NCBI GenBank assembly: GCA_963840255.1
Contig: CAWIYB010000003.1
Location: forward strand, 385,314 to 449,313
Source of the DNA: an uncultured Chloroflexia bacterium
GTDB lineage: Bacteria > Chloroflexota > Anaerolineae > Anaerolineales > UBA4823
DNA: 64,000 nucleotides
Direction of reading: 5' to 3'
This document shows, one piece after another, positions 60,813-64,000 of the stretch. The position numbers and the translations under genes are program-made. Each line of letters starts with the position of its first letter. Position 1 is the first letter of the stretch. The notes beneath the pieces were generated by a model. The model had not been told where the DNA came from. It was given only the letters and a program-made list of their open reading frames with translations, and ran no database searches.

Positions 60813-61808
60813 TTAAGCAGCTTCTTTCTTCGAGCGTATCGTGTAGGATGCTACAGCCAAGACAATGATCGCACCACGCAGTACCATTTTGAGATATGGG
60901 TTCACTCCCAGCTGGTTGAAGGTGGTGTCCAGGATCCCAAAGATCAATACCCCCGCCAGCGTACCCCACACCCCACCTTTTCCTCCAGACAGGGCAGTCC
61001 CGCCGATCACAGTCGTGGCAATTGAATTGAGATCATATAGCCCATTCGGTCCAACCCACGGAGCTCCAGATCGCATCTGGCTGACCAGGAAAAAACCTGC
61101 GAGTACCGCGGTCATACTGCACAGGATGTGCGCACCGATCAAGACCCGGTCTGTTCGCACACCGGAGAGGCGGGCAACTTCAGCATTCCCCCCTACACCA
61201 TACAAGTGGGCACCAAATTTCGTCCTGGCAAGCAGGAACCAGCCGGCCAGGTAAATAATCAACATGATGATAATGGAAACAGGGATTGGTCCAATCGTAC
61301 CGTAACCAAAGAATTCAAAGCTTTTCGGTACACTACCCGTATAGTTGGAAAACGTAGCATTGATGATGCCTTTAATGATCAGACTCATACCAAGCGTAGC
61401 AATGAATGGGTTGACTTTTAATTTGGTGATGGTCAGCCCGTTTGCTAGTCCAATGATCACTCCAATTCCTAAAACAGCTGGGATTGCGATGGGAACATTG
61501 GCTGTTTCGCCTTGCATAATGTAGGATGACATCACTGCGGTGATGCTGATGGTATAAGCAACGGAAAGATCAATCGATGACCCCAGGATCACCAGGGTCT
61601 GTCCAACGGCTACAATTCCCAATGCCACTGAACGGACGATTATATTCAACATAATTGCCGGGTTGGTGAAAATTTGGCCATCTGAATAAATCTGGTCCAG
61701 AATTCCACTCACCAGGAAAATGACGATCAGGAATAAATAAACTGGAGGGATGTGGATGGAACGGGTGGTTCGTCTGAACCAGCTATCGGTTGCAGGTATG
61801 GTCGTCAT
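60813..61808 (-). CDS. Ribose-type (RbsC-like) sugar ABC permease
   Basis: 331 aa polytopic; 'GSSIDLSVAYT', 'GTALSGGKGGVWGT'. Confidence 0.85.
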   Translation of the reverse strand: MTTIPATDSWFRRTTRSIHIPPVYLFLIVIFLVSGILDQIYSDGQIFTNPAIMLNIIVRSVALGIVAVGQTLVILGSSIDLSVAYTISITAVMSSYIMQGETANVPIAIPAVLGIGVIIGLANGLTITKLKVNPFIATLGMSLIIKGIINATFSNYTGSVPKSFEFFGYGTIGPIPVSIIIMLIIYLAGWFLLARTKFGAHLYGVGGNAEVARLSGVRTDRVLIGAHILCSMTAVLAGFFLVSQMRSGAPWVGPNGLYDLNSIATTVIGGTALSGGKGGVWGTLAGVLIFGILDTTFNQLGVNPYLKMVLRGAIIVLAVASYTIRSKKEAA

Positions 61809-61809
61809 T

Positions 61810-63399
61810 TCATTCCACTCCTACGCTGGCAGGCATCTCTGCCTTGGTTTCGTTTGCATGACCGATGGCCATCAGCATGATCTCTTGCTCGGTTGACCTG
61901 GCTGGAAGCTCTCCAGCAATCCGGTGATCTGCCATCACCAGTATCCGGTCGCTCATTCCAATGATCTCTGGTAGTTCTGATGAAATCATCAAGACTGCTA
62001 TCCCCTTTTTAGTCAACGCCCTGATCATATCGTGGATGCTAGCCTTTGATTCCACGTCGATGCCGCGCGTAGGCTCATCAAAAATGAACACATCTGCATC
62101 TGATGCCAGCCACTTGGCCAGCACCACTTTCTGTTGGTTTCCGCCGCTTAGATATTGCGTCTCACGGTCAAATGAGTCGGTCCGTATATCCACCTGTTCA
62201 CCCAGCATGGGCACCAGTTTGCGGGAGTTTCTGATCCCATTCTTAAAGATGAAACCGAATAAAAATTGGACCGACCGTACGGTTAATAGCATATTGTCTC
62301 TTATGGGTTGTCTTGCGGCGATGCCCTCCGATTTCCGGTCTTCGGTGACAAACCCCATCCTGTTCTTGATCGCCTTGGCCGGGCTTTTTACAGCGATTGC
62401 CTTACCATGCAGCTCCATGACCCCCGATCTAAAAGGCATCACTCCAAATATTGATTGTGCCAACTCTGTTCGCCCTGATCCTTGCAGTCCTGCGATGCCC
62501 AGCACCTCGCCCTTGCGTAGCTCGAAGCTGATGTCATTGAGATATTGGTTGGAAGCATTTTTAACGCTTAATACGACATCGCCGAAGTCCTCTTGTTCTC
62601 CTAATGGTGGGAAGTAATGGTCGAGAGTGCGTCCAACCATCAAAAACACAACATCCGAGGGCGATACTTCCTTCTTGTTGACGGTCTTAATTAGCTTTCC
62701 ATCTTTCATTACCGAGATCTTTTCAGCCAGGTCGAATACCTCTCTCAGGCGGTGGGAGATGAAAATGATGGACATCCCCTTCTGTTTTAACCTTCCGACT
62801 AGGTCGTTGAGTAATCCCACTTCAGTATAGGTAAGCGCAGCCGTGGGCTCATCCATGATCAGCACTTTGGCTTTGAAGGAGATGGCTTTAGCAATCTCAA
62901 CCAGCTGCTGTTCAGCCACCGAAAGGCTGCTTACCAGCGCAGTTGGCGAGATCATTTTTTCCACGCCAAGATCCTTTAAAACTTCAACAGCTTCTTTGTT
63001 CATCTTCCCGATGTCAAGCATACCTATTCGCGATGTTTCGCGGGCGAGAAATATATTGTGCGCCACCGTTCTTTCCGGCAGAAGATTGAATTCCTGGTAA
63101 ATGATGCTGATACCTTTTTCCTGGGCTTCTCGAGGGTGGGAGAAGGACACTTTTTCTCCGTTCAAATAAATCGCACCAGAATCTGGCGTATAAGCCCCTG
63201 ACAGGATCTTCATCAGAGTCGATTTGCCTGCTCCATTCTCCCCTACCACGGCATGCGTCTCGCCGGGGAAGAATTGAAGAGAAACATCGTCCAGCGCAAC
63301 TACGCCTGGGAAACGCTTGGAAATATGTTGTACCTCAACAGCCGGAGATACGGCTGGTTCCGGTGGTTGTGGAGTAATCTCTTCGGTTTCATTTGCCAT
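61810..63399 (-). CDS. Tandem-domain sugar ABC ATPase (RbsA/MglA-like)
   Basis: 'GENGAGKST', 'LSVAEQQ', second 'LSGGNQQK'; 529 aa. Confidence 0.9.
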   Translation of the reverse strand: MANETEEITPQPPEPAVSPAVEVQHISKRFPGVVALDDVSLQFFPGETHAVVGENGAGKSTLMKILSGAYTPDSGAIYLNGEKVSFSHPREAQEKGISIIYQEFNLLPERTVAHNIFLARETSRIGMLDIGKMNKEAVEVLKDLGVEKMISPTALVSSLSVAEQQLVEIAKAISFKAKVLIMDEPTAALTYTEVGLLNDLVGRLKQKGMSIIFISHRLREVFDLAEKISVMKDGKLIKTVNKKEVSPSDVVFLMVGRTLDHYFPPLGEQEDFGDVVLSVKNASNQYLNDISFELRKGEVLGIAGLQGSGRTELAQSIFGVMPFRSGVMELHGKAIAVKSPAKAIKNRMGFVTEDRKSEGIAARQPIRDNMLLTVRSVQFLFGFIFKNGIRNSRKLVPMLGEQVDIRTDSFDRETQYLSGGNQQKVVLAKWLASDADVFIFDEPTRGIDVESKASIHDMIRALTKKGIAVLMISSELPEIIGMSDRILVMADHRIAGELPARSTEQEIMLMAIGHANETKAEMPASVGVE

Positions 63400-63429
63400 A
63401 GTTATAACCTCATCGATTATGACCGATGT

Positions 63430-64000
63430 TCATGCAAATAATGTTTTCAAGAATTGCAGACCCTGATCGGCAATAGCGTCCTGGCTGGGGGCGATCTCCC
63501 GCCAGATATTCACCGCACGGGCGATCTCTTTTACTTGAGGAGTGAAGGATTCTATCACGACCGCCTCCTGATAATTCACCCTCTTTAATGCTGATGCGAT
63601 CTCTTGCCAGCGCACCTGACCAGATCCAGGGACACCCCGATCATTTTCACAGGCGTGGAAGTGGAAGATCTTATCGCCTGCCAGACGGATGGCCTCCGCG
63701 CTGTTTTTTTCCTCCAGGTGCATGTGGAACGTATCCAGGTGAAAGCCTACATTCGCCCGTCCTACATCCGAAATAAACTTCAATCCTTGTGTAACGGTAT
63801 TGATCATGTCGGTTTCGAAGCGGTTCAGTGGCTCGAATGCTAATCGGACGCCTCTTCCAGCTGCAACATCGGCCATTTCGCCGATCTCGGAAACCGCTAA
63901 CGACCATTCCATCGCTCTCGCCGCGCTGTCCTCAAGGTGGTCTTTGCCTACCGCTGAATATAGCGGACCACACACCACCGGCGAACTCAATTGGGCTGCA
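63430..64000 (-). CDS. Xylose-isomerase-like TIM-barrel protein, C-terminal part (5' end outside window)
   Basis: 'LAFEPLNRFE', 'HLDTFHM', 'HFHACEND', 'VIESF'. Confidence 0.7.
   Translation of the reverse strand, partial: AAQLSSPVVCGPLYSAVGKDHLEDSAARAMEWSLAVSEIGEMADVAAGRGVRLAFEPLNRFETDMINTVTQGLKFISDVGRANVGFHLDTFHMHLEEKNSAEAIRLAGDKIFHFHACENDRGVPGSGQVRWQEIASALKRVNYQEAVVIESFTPQVKEIARAVNIWREIAPSQDAIADQGLQFLKTLFA

Overview
This is a 64-kb chromosomal segment from a moderately GC-rich bacterium. Spot counts of 60-nt lines give about 55-65% GC in most genes and about 33-47% between 19.7 and 27 kb. Many sugar ABC systems, Thr/Pro/Ala-rich lipoprotein linkers and a NarL-type PAS kinase look Chloroflexota/Anaerolineae-like, but that is only an inference.

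Content, left to right:
- 3' part of a glycyl radical enzyme.
- L-arabinose cluster: araA, broken GH42 beta-galactosidase, Zn-ADH, araB, araD, with a HAD remnant.
- guaB.
- Minus-strand operon: VOC, cupin, DmsC-like anchor, TorD-like chaperone, molybdopterin oxidoreductase, 4Fe-4S subunit.
- Divergent E2/E1alpha/E1beta 2-oxoacid dehydrogenase operon, with both E1 genes frameshifted.
- Lower-GC block: giant FtsX-type permease plus ABC ATPase, beta-propeller lipoprotein, methyltransferase remnant, small membrane protein. About 3 kb of it is bracketed by an imperfect dispersed repeat.
- Liv-type ABC importer, then two roughly two-thirds identical DddP-like M24 hydrolase paralogs in inverted orientation around an IclR regulator, then a Zn-ADH.
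- A decayed secreted-protein paralog.
- SDR-SDR-CrtI-like operon.
- Three CPBP-type membrane proteases and assorted membrane or hydrolase genes.
- A 4-PAS NarL-type two-component system with a broken kinase, plus an orphan REC protein.
- A ribose-type ABC transporter with four xylose-isomerase-like TIM-barrel genes and a third M24 gene.

I found no rRNA, complete tRNA, CRISPR array, transposase, integrase or recognisable defence genes.

Best leads:
1. An approximately 60-nt promoter-plus-operator module is present in near-identical architecture upstream of the iclR gene and of the VOC-cupin-Mo-oxidoreductase operon 18.6 kb away. This suggests one uncharacterised IclR regulon linking Mo enzyme, 2-oxoacid dehydrogenase, M24 hydrolases and a Liv importer.
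2. The Mo enzyme has no Tat signal and sits in an unusual operon.
3. A TIM-barrel-rich sugar locus.
4. The repeat-bracketed low-GC island.
5. An unusually high load of disrupted genes.

All functional calls come from motif reading by eye. No database search was possible.
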